Positions 12,943 to 26,290 of a stretch of DNA of 64,000 nt are shown piece after piece. Where the stretch lies: contig OX597818.1 in assembly GCA_951406725.2 (NCBI GenBank), positions 88,164,001-88,228,000 on the forward strand, written 5' to 3'. How positions within the stretch are numbered: the first letter of the stretch is position 1; each line of letters opens with the position of its first letter. The DNA comes from Octopus vulgaris (taxonomy: Eukaryota). The position numbers were made by a program, and so were the translations under genes. Under the pieces are notes generated by a model. The model saw only the letters and a list, made by a program, of their open reading frames with translations, had not been told where the DNA came from and did no database searches.

Positions 12943-13658
12943 AATCTGATTTCAGTGATGTGGATGAAGGATGTAATATTGTGTTGATCTGCTTGGAAAG
13001 TCAAACAATTTTGTCACAGTGGTTGTTGGTGCCGACTGAATCGTTAGCACGCCGGACAAAATACTTAGCTGTATTTCGTCCGTTTTACATTGTATATACA
13101 AATTTACGTTGAATGCCGTAATATTGCTATTAACTGTGCTTTACGTATCTATCATTGAGCTCAAATCTGGCTGAGATCGATTTTTACGTTTAGACATAAA
13201 CGTAAAAACGTCCGTCTTTGCATTCTGAGTACAAATTCCGCCGAGGTCGACATTGCATTTGATCCTTCCGGGCTTGACGAAATAAGCAAAAATGGAGCGC
13301 TGGTGGGTGTCAATGTAATCAACTAGCTTTCTCTAAAAAAACATTTCAGTCCTTGTGCCTAAAGTAGAAAAGGAAGGATAATGTTAATTCAGAAATTCTA
13401 CGATGACAGGCATTCAATTTGTGACCATCGCGCCGTTTTAAATCGTGTGTATCAGCTCTATATTATCTTACATTTGATTCGTGGTAATGATTTCGGGGGA
13501 AATTTAGCTGCTTTGTATTGCAGGTTGAACGACCTCACAAAACTTGCTTCGTTATTTTACTCTATCAGTGAAAGTTATACAGTTCTATATTTAAGAGATG
13601 AGGAATTATGTACATTATTTACATTCGACGGATATTTATCCTCATCTTGTCTGTTGTT

Positions 13659-13704
13659 AACACAACGTTTCGGCTGATATACCCTCCAGCCTTCTTCAGG
13701 TGTC
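13659..13704 (-). ncRNA. Minimal type I hammerhead motif (intact)
   Basis: Minus strand sequence is identical to 8007-8052. Confidence 0.85.
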
Positions 13705-13777
13705 TTGGGGACATAATGATAATAATAACATCGAAAAATGCCTTAGGAATGAGAACCCAGGTTCGAAATTTCCCCAA

Positions 13778-13823
13778 GACATCTGAAGAAGGCTGGAGGG
13801 TATATCAGCTGAAACGTTGTGTT
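13778..13823 (+). ncRNA. Minimal type I hammerhead motif with two C>T changes
   Basis: GACAT-CTGAAGA-AGGCTG...CAGCT-GAAA-CG-TT-GTGTT; both changes give G-U wobble pairs. Confidence 0.7.
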
Positions 13824-13899
13824 AACAACAAACAAGATGAGGACAAATATCGTCGAATGTAAATAATAGCGAAGGTTATGTTGTCGGCAATATGATATA

Positions 13900-14166
13900 C
13901 AGTAATTCCTCGACTATCGCGGGTGTTACGTTCCAAAACCTCCCACAGAAATAATTAAAATCTAAAAAATATATAAATACCTATCGGCCGCAGAAACCCG
14001 CGATATACTGAGGAGTCCGCGATATAAATTTACATATATTAGCCAAAAAAATCCGCGATGTACTGAGCGCGTGATAGGTGAACCGCGATGTGCTGAGTGC
14101 ATGATAGGTGAACCGCGATGTACTGAATGCGCGTTAGGTGAACCGCGATATGGCGAGGAATTACTG
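13900..14166. mobile_element. Tigger/pogo-type MITE
   Basis: TA|CAGTAATTCCTCG ... CGAGGAATTACTG|TA, with three tandem 30-bp subterminal units at about 14052-14150. Confidence 0.88.
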
Positions 14167-15179
14167 TACATGATGCTATGCTGTTATGATTCTGGTGAAG
14201 GCTGTGTTATGATGTTGATGGACTTTATAGTGAAGTGATGGGAAAGATTGGTATTGTGGTGTTAGTATACTAGTGACAAGAATGGCGGTGTGGTTAAGAA
14301 GCTCGCTTTGCAACCGTGTGGTTTCGGGTTCAGTCCGACATGATGGAACTTGAGGTTGACTAGTGCCTGGAAAGGGCTGCTTGGCACACAAACTATGTGG
14401 CAACTCGTCGAGTGTGTGAGGGAATGTATGGCGATGGTGATTACATAGATCGATAATGCCTGATTGACTTAATGGATAATCTTATCAGATTTGCATAATA
14501 ATTAATGGTTTCTAATTTTGGGAGATTCTGGGGAATATGTGTGTGTGTGTGTGTGTGTGTGTTTTCATTTGTTCGCCCACCACTTGACAACCCGTGTTGG
14601 TCTGTTTACGCCCCCGTGACTTACCAGTTCGGCAAAAACAGACACAAAATAAATACCATACTTTAGAATAAGTACCGGGAGCAATTTGCAATTTGATCCA
14701 CTAAACCCTTCAAGGTAATGCCCCAGCATGGCCGCATACACTCACTACATCATAAACTACCCCCAGGTGGTCGTAAGGCTTTGTTGACCGCTATAAATAA
14801 AAATGTAGCGATGATCATATTGGATCACCCTTTGATGTGAATGATGGTCAAACGGTGATGTCGATGTGTTCAGAATGGAATTTCTTGTTTTTATTCTTAA
14901 AGCTGTCCGAGTGTATGGGGGGAGGAGATGTCATTAAGAGGAGGGCAAAGGCAAGAGTCATCTTTGACAGCGACGGAGAGCCACAGCGATGTTGTTAACT
15001 AACAGCAGACATAATGACTGGAGGAGAAGGGTGGGGTTTGATAGACATCCGTTCTCTGAGTAATTTATTATCGAAGATAATTGGACGGGAAAAGTATTAA
15101 TGAGAATAGAAAAAGAGATAGACTGATATACTGAGATGAATTCAAAGACAAACGTCGATGACTAGAAATAAATAAACAC

Positions 15180-15244
<65 letters not shown>

Positions 15245-15289
15245 AGAAAGAAGATTTAGGCAGACTGACAAATAGATAGATAGATAGGC

Positions 15290-15342
<53 letters not shown>

Positions 15343-15496
15343 TAAAGGCACACACATACATGCACACACATACACACTGAGAGAGATGCAGAAACTAGTT
15401 GCACAAAGAGACAGATAGAGATAGACACACAGATACATAAGCAAAAAGAGCTTCATGGCTAGACAAAAAAGTAGCTGGACAGACAGACAGATAGAT

Positions 15497-15605
<109 letters not shown>

Positions 15606-15759
15606 TAGATAGATATGTTTCTTTCTTAGCCACACAGGGCTGCACACAGACAGAACAAATTACAAGGTAGAGCTTTTCTTTTGGGGGTAAAAATAAAGGG
15701 GGTTGGTTTTCGATCAAAAGGGATCGTAAAAGGAAAGAAAGAGGACAAAAAAAGGAGAG

Positions 15760-15794
<35 letters not shown>

Positions 15795-15890
15795 GGCCAA
15801 ACAGACAGATAGGTAGAAATAGATAGATAGATATATAGATAGATAGACAGACAGACAGATAGATAAACAGATAGATAGAAATAGACAGAC

Positions 15891-15976
<86 letters not shown>

Positions 15977-17798
15977 CTCGCTAGCTAGGTAATCAGACAG
16001 TCACTGACACACAGATATACATGCACGTGTTTGAGTACGAGCGAATGCACATGTATGCGCGTGTGTGTGAGTATGTTTGTAAGCGTGCCTGTGCGTATGC
16101 AGCTTAACCTCATCATTTCAGCTGTCAATAGGCTTAATTTGTTCTCGCCAGTAAACGACATTAATTCAAATTCATTTGACACACGTGACTGAACATGTGT
16201 CACAAAATGGCGTAATGAGGCATTTTCAAAAGTTAACGACACCCCACACTATCTTCTGATTCATTTCTCTTCGTAGGGAACCTTCAGAAATCTGGAAAAT
16301 CAATTCCAGTAGGAAGATGGAATTCAACCAATCACGGCATATTGATGGCCCCTTTGTTGGGGGTCAGAGAACTTACTAAAAGGAATCAATGTAGGGTATT
16401 ATTACTTTTGCTTCATAAATACAATGAAAGATTTGACTGATTGGTAGAATATCGAAGAAAATGCCTTAAATTATTTCTTTTCGCACCCTAACATTCTGAG
16501 TTCAAATGCCGCTGGGGCTCTGTTTGTCTTTCGTTACAGGGTTGTTTGAATTGACTATGACACATCACACATCCTAACAAAAAGTGTGTGTGTGTGTGTT
16601 TGGTAGGTAGAGTTATGCATAGGTGTGTGTGTGTGTGCGTGTGTGTGTGTCTATGTGGTTGGCAGAGTTATGCATAGTGTGTGCATGTGTGTAACAACTT
16701 GCTGTTACACACATAATTCGGTTGACGTACAGTTTACGGTAGTAAAAAGAAAGTGAAAGTAAATTGTCTAAAAATGTGGAAATTAAATTGAGATAAAAAT
16801 TGGAAATAACGACAGAAACATCACAAAATGTCATGAAAAAGAACATAAAGAACTCCCTCGTTATTCAACGTCCACAAGCACCAACGTGTATAGTATATAT
16901 TTCAGAAGCAGCAGGTGACATACACCGTTCCAATGTATATAAAACCCAACAACGAACACCTCTGAGAAATAATTGCTTTCATCTGATATAAAAGATATGT
17001 ATGGTTTTCGTGTTATATTAAATATATACTTCGCTTTTGTATCTGGTTTGCAAGATTCTTTATGTGAAAGTCAACACCCATTCACAAGGTTGCAAAAGCA
17101 ACGAAAATTTTGGAAAGGGAAAAATATAAATAATAAATGAGTGAAAATTAAACCGGTGAGTGTGTTAGATATTAAGGCAGTATGATGCTCCCTAGACACA
17201 ACATTACACACACACATATATATATGCGTTCTATACATTAGTTATGTCGAATTGTTTATATAGGCGCAAGCGTGGTTGTACTGTAAGAAGCTTGCGAAAA
17301 AAACATGTTCCCTGCGAATAAAAGAACCTTGCTTCAGAAACACATGGTTCCGTGTTCAGTCCCATTACGTGGTACCTTGGGGCAAGTGTCTTCTACTATA
17401 ACCTCGGGGCGACCAAAGCCTTGAGTGGATTTGGTAGACGGAAACTGAAAGAAGCCCACCGTGTGTGTCTATGTATCGATATATATGTGTGTGTGTATCC
17501 ACACCACAAGCGCTTGACAACCAGTGTTGGTATGTTTGCATCCCCATAAGTTAGCGGTTCGGGCAAAGAGACCGATAGAATAAATACCACGCTTAAAGAA
17601 AAATTAGCACTGGAGTTGATTCATTCGAATAAAATTTCATGAAGGCGGTGCCCTAGCATGGCCGAAGTCTAATAACTGGAACAAGTAAAAATTAAAAGAT
17701 GAAATTACACAATATCTCTGTCGTCAATTCCGGTTTCTATTGCAATTCACTTTAATTTTTTTAATACCGCAAACTGCATGTTAACCAATAGTTCTATC

Positions 17799-18223
17799 GG
17801 ATCTTTTCGGTTTGAACGGCAGTTTTTTCTAGCGGTGTCATGAAATTGTCACCCATAATTATGACCCTAGTGTCGATCTATTGCATTTCAATCTATTTTA
17901 GTGTTAGGGTTATTTAGGGTGGGTTAGGGTTAGGGGTGGGGGAATGCTATATTTTTTTCTTCAGAAATGTAAATAAACCCAATCTGTTTCTTAAACGAGG
18001 GACATTTTCATATGGCAAAGAATGTTTTCTCCTCAACAGACGTCATTGATTGGTTGAAATCGCAGAAAAACAACAACAAATATCTTACAAACTATAGAAT
18101 TTTCCCAATAAAGCCAAGAGAAAAAGATGTTTTATAAACACATTCTACCAGAATACGAAGTTTGAAAGTGTTTAGTTACGTGGAAATTATTTTAAAAAAC
18201 TGCCGTTCAAACCGAAAAGATCC
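17799..18223. mobile_element. Merlin-like MITE with internal TTAGGG repeats
   Basis: Perfect 30-bp TIR GGATCTTTTCGGTTTGAACGGCAGTTTTTT, 8-bp TSD GTTCTATC (17791-17798, 18224-18231), and GG..CC termini. Confidence 0.85.
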
Positions 18224-19314
18224 GTTCTATCTCCTAATTATAATATAGAATTCTGTTTTCTATAATCCGGCGTTAATTTTATCCATTTTGTAAAAATTTC
18301 ATAAAAATAATCCCATAGCTGACGCTCCATCCAATAGATTTCATTAGTGTTTTCATCCTTAATAAGAGAGCAATTAAAAGCTAAATGGATATAATTTATG
18401 TGGTGAAGAGAAAAAAAAAAAACAATGTTAATTCGAATTGCTTTGCTGGAATCTCGATCTAAAACCTTCTGTTGAGACCATTTCTTTTATACTTCGGAAG
18501 AGTGACGAATAAGCTAATGAACACGAAGATTGTTTTTGTCTGCAGTTCTTTGTTTTCTCTAAGCTGTTGTTATTCATCCAAAATTTATTTATTCATTCTC
18601 TATTATTTTAACTGTTTTTTCCATTTCTATAGTAATGCAACAGTAAAAATATTTAATATCTTACGCATTTGAAAAATACATTCATATATACATGCTGCAT
18701 AATTATCAGTCTCCATTTTGTTTTGGGGTTCCAATCCCGAAAATGTTCATAAACCAGTGAACAGAACTCGGATTTATCCATCGGAAGAAATACAGTGAGA
18801 TTGCTCACGCTAAACGATCTTGGTTACTACTTGAAGCGGTTAGCCAGAGCCTGGATTATACCTGAGAGCTCTTATGGTACCTGCCTGGGTAATTTGTCTC
18901 TATATACTCATCGCATGATTTTAAACACATATTCAATATATACGCATACAAACGCTCGTACATGTATGTATACATACATACACATATACATACGTACACA
19001 TATACATACACATATACATACATATACGCATACATATATATACGCTTATATATATGCATGCACACATATACGCACACATATACATACATATACGCACACA
19101 TATACATGCATACGTACACATACGCACACATATGCATACATACATACACGTACACACACATATGCATACATACATACACGTACACACACATATATATATA
19201 TATAATATATACACGTCCATAAGTACATTCATACATACATACGTGCACACGTACATGCATACATACATACATATATATATCCGAACATATATACATAATT
19301 CGTTTTCATCCTTT

Positions 19315-19568
19315 TTAGGCCTAGCCAGGCTCTTGGGCCCGGTTTCTATGGTGTATGTGTTCCCCACCCCCCAAGAAACAGGAAAAAAGAGTGAGAGAAA
19401 GTTGGGGCGAAAGAATACAACAGGAGTCGCCAGCACCCCCTGCCGGAGCCTCGTGGAGCTTTAGGTGTTTTCGCTCAATAAACACACACAACGCCCAGTC
19501 TGGTAATCAAAACGGCGATCCTCCGACCGCGAGTCCGCTGCCTTAACCACTGGGCCATTGCGCCTCCA
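19315..19568 (-). mobile_element. SINE family C
   Basis: Reverse complement of 37761-38077 with an internal deletion. Confidence 0.85.
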
Positions 19569-19957
19569 CATATATACATACACACAATGTATATATAAAA
19601 GGGTAATGACCCCCTTCGGTCATGAATGGCCACCGGATTGCACCTAGCGAGAAAGTTACCCTCCGAGGCACAACTCCGGGCAATGTTTATATGGAAGACC
19701 AGCAGTCGCCCATGCATAGCAGCCTCCCGTCTTCACGCCATCAGTGTTATCCAACGAAAAGGCAAAGGCCGATACAGCTTGGCACCAGTGATGTCTTAAA
19801 CTGGATCAATGTGAAAAAGTGTCTTGCTCAACAACACAACATACAGCCCAGTCCGGCAATCAAACTCAAGACCTCATGATTGTGAGTCCAACGCTCTAAC
19901 CACTGAGCCATGCACCGTCAATGTATATGTATATATATATTCTTGACACTGAATCTT

Positions 19958-20435
19958 CTTATTTTTTTTATTGCCCACAAGGGGCTAAACACAGAGGGGA
20001 CAAACAAGGACAGACAAACGGATTAAGTCGATTATATCGACCCCAGTGCGTAACTGGTACTTATTTAATCGACCCCGAAAGGATGAAAGGTAAATTCGAC
20101 CACGGCGAGCTGGCAGAAACGTTAACACGCCGGGCGAAATGCTTAGCAGTATTCCGTCTGCCGTTACGTTCTGAGTTCAAATTCCGCCGAGGTCGACTTT
20201 GCCTTTCATCCTTACGGGGTCGATAAATTAAGTACCAGTTACGTACTGGGGTCGATGTAATCGACTTAATACCTATGTCTGTCCCTGTTTGTCCCTTCTA
20301 TGTTTAGTCCCTTGTGGATAATAATGAAATAAGGTAAATTCGACCACGGCGGAATTTTGAACTCAGAACGTAACGACAGACGAAATACCGCTAAGCATTT
20401 TGCCCAGCGTGCTAACGTTTCTGCCAGCTCAACGC
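19958..20435. mobile_element. SINE B (minus) containing a nested SINE B (plus)
   Basis: Outer TSD CTTGACACTGAATCTT (19942-19957, 20436-20451). Inner duplication AAGGTAAATTCGACCACGGCG (20087-20107, 20331-20351). Confidence 0.88.
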
Positions 20436-20569
20436 CTTGACACTGAATCTTTTCTTTTCTACTCTAGGCACAAGGCCCGAAATTTTTGGGGAGGGGGCCA
20501 GTCGATTAGATCGACCCCAGTATGCAACTGGTACTTAATTTATCGACCTCAAAAGGATGAAAGGCATAA

Positions 20570-21062
20570 CACATGATTGCGATCCATAAGCGAGAACATG
20601 CAGCGGCATGGAACTAAGGTTGTGAAATATACATTGTTTCGATAAATCATATACTCTCTCGTGGCACATCGTCTGTTACGACGACGAGGGTTCCAGTTGA
20701 TCCGATCAACGAAACAGCCTGCTCGTGAAATCAACGTGCAAGTGGCTGACCACTCCACAGACACGTGTACCTTCAACGTAGCTCTCGGGGAGATTCAGCG
20801 TGACACAGAATGTGACAAGGTACAACAGAAATGAAATACAGGTACACAGAATGAAATACAGGTACAACAGAAACTGGTAGAAAGAGTGAGAAAAAGTTGT
20901 GGTTAAAGAGTACAGCAGGGTTCACCACCACCTCTTGCCGGAGACTCGTGGTGCTTTAGGTGTTTTTGATCAATAAACGCTCACTACGCTCGGTCTGGGA
21001 ATTGAAACCGCGATCCTACGACCGCGATTCCGCTGTCCTAACCACTGGACCATTGCGCCTCC
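20570..21062 (-). mobile_element. SINE family C variant with a different, longer 3' half
   Basis: Head and body match family C down to about 20870; the 3' part diverges. Confidence 0.75.
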
Positions 21063-21568
21063 GCATATACTCTATAATACTTTACAATATACATTGAGCA
21101 CGAATTTCTTATTCGCTCGACACAGTTAGACATTCATTCGTATATAACAGTAATATCCGAGCCATTTTCATTAAATGCAAAAGACGTAATGGTCAAACTT
21201 CAAAACATCTTCGAGTGACCCATCTCGGCATCATGGGAACGCCCATTTTCAATCTGTATATGTGGAGCGTGAGGGGTGCGGTGTAAGTCATATTTTACAG
21301 ACTACGCCTGGGTTGGGGGTGGGGTGGCGGGAGACATGCTGTAGATGAATTGAGTCATGAAGCCTCTGATGAACTGGGTAGGTGTGGTAGCACGTGGTGG
21401 GTATGGAGACCATCTAGTCCAGGAGGAGGAGGAGGAAGAAGACGAAATATGTCTGAGTATGTGTATGTGCGCACAGTCAGACTGACACATGCACACACAA
21501 ATATACAAATACACACACATATACTTATATACACAAGTATTCATATACAGCTGTCTATATAAGTGGGT

Positions 21569-21625
<57 letters not shown>

Positions 21626-21855
21626 TGTATACATATCTATAAGCATATGAATACAAATACATGTGTGTGTATATATATATATATATATACACGTATGTTT
21701 GTGGATACATATATACACACACACACACACATTAGTCTCTGGATACATACATACATACATATATGCATGTGTATCTGCGCGTGCTTAGGTCTGCGTACAT
21801 GAATACACACGCATATGTCTACATATTTGTTATAGATATGTATGCACACACACAT

Positions 21856-21915
<60 letters not shown>

Positions 21916-22306
21916 ATAATTATAACAGAAAAATTAATCAGAATCTATCATTATGGATATATTTCAATATACACTTCCAAGAATTCTTATTATATATATA
22001 TACACACACACATATTGTTATACACGCACACACAATACATTCACACAACGAGAAAAGGAGAAAAAAAATTAGCTCATGCTATCTCTTTTAATTTGAAAGA
22101 AGACAATAGCGGCCTTGGTTTTCGGTCAGTTCTACAGACAAGCAATTGTGATTTCACTAATTGTGAGATTTAATTACACGTTAATTATTCTGGCATCAAA
22201 TAGCGTTAGAATTATATTCAGTGCAACTTTAGAGGTAATTTAATTTATTACAAATTTTAGTATTTGTTGAAATATTATTATGAAATGATAATAATTTTTC
22301 CTTTTT

Positions 22307-22356
<50 letters not shown>

Positions 22357-22784
22357 TTTCTTTTCTTGTTTTTCGTATTCGGCACACGCACTCAGAATTA
22401 TTCTCTGGTTGATTTGGATGAGCGCTGGTCGTCTCAATTGACCACAAATATATTATTGGTATTTTTTCTTTCTTTTATGTCTTCTTATTAATTCCGGTAG
22501 GATATTATCTCAAAACTGAAAGACATAATTACTACAACAAGGAATTTGGATCGGTTCTCTCCTGAATCTTCCATTTCTACAGCAATAACAACATCAGGCA
22601 CATCTTATTCTTCTTCCGTCACGTCTTCTTCCTTTTGTTCTTCCTCTCGTCTCTTTCCTTATTCTTCCTTTTATTCCACTTTCTTTTCTTTCTGTTCTTT
22701 TTATTTCCTTATCTGTCTTTCACTTTGTCACCTTCCTCATATATCTACTTTTCCTTCTCCCTCTTCTTTCATTTCTCTTATTAA

Positions 22785-23342
22785 GGCGATGAGCTGGCAG
22801 AATCGTTAGCGCGCTGGACGACATGCTTAGCGGTATTTCGCCTGTTCCTACGTTCTGAGTTCAAATTCGGCCGAGGTCGACAATATAATTACCAATTGAG
22901 TACTGAGATCGATGTAATCGACTTAATCCCTTCCCCCAAATTTGAGGGCTTGTGCTTCCAGTAGAAAGAATTATTATTATTATTATCATAATGATTGTTA
23001 TTTTTATCAAGAAGGCGGCGAGGTGGCAGAATCGTTAGAATGCAGGCAAAATAGTTAATACTATTTCGTCTGCCGTTATGTTCTGAGTTCAATTTCCGCC
23101 GAGTTCGACTTTGCCTTTCATCCTTTCGGGGTCGATTAAATAAATGCCAGTTATGCACTGGGGTCGATGAAATCGACTTAATCCATCTGTCTATCCTTGT
23201 TTGTTCTCTCTGTGTTTAGCCCCTTGTGGGTAGTAAAGAAATAGGTATTTCGTCTGTCGCTTCATCCTTTTGGGGTCAATGGTCGATGTAATCGACTATC
23301 CTCCTCCCCCAAATTTCAGGCCTTGTGCCTATAGTAGAAAGA

Positions 23343-23380
<38 letters not shown>

Positions 23381-23400
23381 GGAGTTGGCAGAATCATTAG
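22785..23400 (+). mobile_element. Tandem chain of SINE B copies
   Basis: Repeated heads at about 22785, 23012 and 23380, separated by (TTA)n tails. Confidence 0.85.
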
Positions 23401-24761
23401 CGGCTCAACTTGAAGAGACTCGCTGATCTCCGAGCAAAACATACTGTAAGTAATATTTCCAGTAAGAATATGTGATGACGTTTGCTTCTGATTGGACCCT
23501 ATAGAAGGGAAGAAGTGCCTGAGTACAACACCCCATGACCTTCCCAGGAATAGCTAGCTTCAAAAATTGATACATAGGCGAAATTGTACGAACAGCAACG
23601 ACAGTATAAACAGACATGATTTGCATCAACTTGAACCAGCTCAAGTAGGCAATGTGTATTACAAAAGACACTACCTCCTTGACCCGGAGCTTAAAAGGAA
23701 AATGACATAACTTCATGTTCTCAAAAAAAGAGTTAGGAGAGTCATAAGTCGTTTCCTCAAACGAAGAATGGCATATAGAAGCATATTTTCCTGATACTTC
23801 ACAGTCGAGACAATGACATATGCAGAGATGGTGTGCTACACGTCTATCAATAGGTTTATGCCACTGTGTTTCTTTTTAGGAACCCTAAAATTATGGCCAA
23901 AGATATTCGTACTGATGTCGGCACTTGGCATGACATCACATTTTCAAATCAATACAGAATTATGATGAATTTGGTGGTGAACGGCAAAAACATGGTTGAG
24001 TTAGGTCTGTATGGACATCCAGATAGGAATGACAACCCAAAGAAAAAATATTTCTCAGAGCTTTGCTCCATCGCAAAGGCAGAAATTCTGGCTCTTGGCA
24101 CAGAGCAGATGACATAGTTGCTCACACGTATGACAGTATAAGTCACCTGAGGAAAAAAGAAAAAAATAACGGAATTCGGTGAACAGTATTACAGACAATA
24201 ATACCAACAACTGCAGCTGCCAAAACAGAAGCCTATTACAGCTGTTTAAAAAGCACTGTTACAACAGAGCAAAACCAGTAAGTCTGTAAATGCAAGTTTG
24301 CTGGCTTCGACCCTTTTACCACCATTATCAAAGGCATATGACGACCGAGAAGTCAAGAGAGGTCCTCCAGAACAAGACAAATCTGAGGGTAAAAAGCGCA
24401 ATACCAACCCATCGCTATCATCAGTCCCTAGCTTCCGCAGGACGATGGGGTGGGAGACAGGGACTGGAGAAATGTGAGAACAAGGAAGTATAAAAGAGGG
24501 GCATAAAGCAAGGAAGCATATAAGAAGGTGGCAATTCCTCATGAAGAAATAACCACCCTAAGCTTTATGGTGATCAGAAAGAAAATCTAGGAATTGCTAA
24601 GGAAGAAAACGAGTTGTAGACCCTATGTTCTGAGATAAGAAGAAATAAAGAACGAATATCGATAATCCCCCCCCCCCCAAAAAAAAAATAAAAGACGTCT
24701 CCACAGTGAAACTGAAACGCTTTCTAGATCATGAGAGAGTGTCCAGGAATTTCGGATAAAA

Positions 24762-24830
24762 GACGAGTAAGGCGATGGATTGCTAATCCATTGGGGTCTC
24801 CTCGCGTGAGTTCGAATCTCATCCTCGTCG
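24762..24830 (+). pseudogene. tRNA-Ser(GCU) pseudogene with D-arm/A-box deletion
   Basis: GACGAG[about 13 nt missing]TAAGGCG-ATGGA-TTGCTAA-TCCAT-long variable arm-GTGAG-TTCGAAT-CTCAT-CCTCGTCG. It matches the metazoan tRNA-Ser(GCT) layout, with acceptor stem GACGAG/CTCGTC. Confidence 0.85.
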
Positions 24831-25709
24831 ATTACATTTGTCCCACTCATGCCAGCATGGAAAGCGGACGTTAAACGATGACGATAATGATGCTCACATC
24901 TAAAATCGAAAGACCCAAATTATAGTTGGAGGAGAATGTTTCGGAGTTTTGATGAGCTGTGAGTCTAACTAGGTTGTGGTTTCTAATACTTTTGATAGAT
25001 TGCTCACTGTACTAATTAATTATTTAACCAGTTCGCCGCCTTTTGTACGAACGTCATACAAAATACCCTTTTTTCCGGAATCCTTACGCTTCGGTTTCAA
25101 ATCCAACCATGGCCAAATTTGCTTTTCTGGGTCTATGAAATCATATATCAATCAAGTTGTGAGGCTGATGATATTGACTAACCCTCCGCTAAATCTTTTG
25201 GTCTTGTGTCTAAGCCAGAAACCGTTACTGTTGTCGTCTTCTTTTCTGGCTCCTTAACATCTGTCTATGCATCACTCTATATCTAGATCATAGTTTTTAT
25301 CAAAAGTTAATAAAATTGCATGCTTTTTTTCTGTGTCATTTCGCATCAACCTTTTAGATTTTACTTTCTTGTATTTGCCACAAAATGTCGACAAGAGCTA
25401 GAGGTAACGCCACTTTCTAAGACAATGCCCTGAAAACTACACCAGGACAAATATCAACAAAAATACTTTGAACTAAGACATATGCACTTTAAATGAAGGA
25501 CAAATTTTTTCCCGCTGATGATGATAGAATTTATAGCAACACTATATAGAATGGAACAGTAGCAACACCAAAAACAACATGCGCGTCACACATAGCTTTG
25601 TAGATATCATTTACAAAAGGAAATCTGAGACATGGATATTTTATGCATACAGAATGGTGCGTCGAATAAACGATTTTGAAATGTTCCTGCTGTGAAGCAG
25701 TTTATCACA

Positions 25710-25927
25710 AGGCACCTGACACATAAAAGGAACCCGTGTTGGTGACACGTAAAAAACATCCGGTACATTATTGAGTGGTTGGCGCCAGGAAGAGCATCAA
25801 GTCGTAGAAACCAAGTCAAAACAGACGATGGAACCCTGTGTGGCTTTCTGACTAACCAGCTCCGGCCAAACCGTCTAACTCATGCCAGCGTAGAAAACAG
25901 ACGTTAAATGATGACGATGATAATGAT
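25710..25927 (+). mobile_element. 3' portion of an RTE-type SINE/LINE ending in (GAT)n
   Basis: GGTTGGCGCCAGGAAGAGCATC..CTCATGCCAGCGTAGAAAACAGACGTTAAATGATGACGATG. The same tail occurs at 24845-24892. Confidence 0.6.
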
Positions 25928-25959
25928 GAATGCATTGTGGGTAGGTAAAGCTGAAGAGT

Positions 25960-26290
25960 GACTCCAAGAAATTCGAAGGAATCGTGGGAGCAATAATATA
26001 GTTTTTATTACAAAGGCTCGATTAACTAGGCGTGCGTACACGCCAAATGGCCTTATTGGTACACATGTTGTGCTTTTAACTTCCTGCATTGCAGATTCTA
26101 GGTTCTGCAAAAGATTTTTTCAGGACTTGATGAGAATCGTTCATCGTTTTGGGAAGCCAAATGTATTCTTTATATTGACATGTAATAGAAATCGGTCTGA
26201 TATTCTTGCAGAGCTTGGGCTGCTTCGAAAGTTAAAGGACAAGACATATCGATTTCCAGAGTGCTCTCTTTCAAGCTGACAAAAGGCAAA
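25960..26290 (+). pseudogene. Helitron Rep/helicase fragment
   Basis: GTHVVLLTSCIADSRFCKRFFQDLMRIVHRFGKPNVFFILTCN resembles the Rep region ..ILPSSF.GSPRYM...YQDAMAIVR.FGKPDLFITFTCN. Confidence 0.8.

Larger units (their letters stand above)
13580..13867. mobile_element. Family H1 head-to-head inverted pair
   Basis: 13614-13711 is the reverse complement of about 13771-13867. The left copy extends to the same 3' terminus as the copy ending at 8131. Confidence 0.85.

Noticed and set aside
14052-14150. 30-bp direct repeats resembling a CRISPR array
   Set aside because: Tandem units without unique spacers inside a TA-flanked MITE; eukaryotic context with no cas genes.
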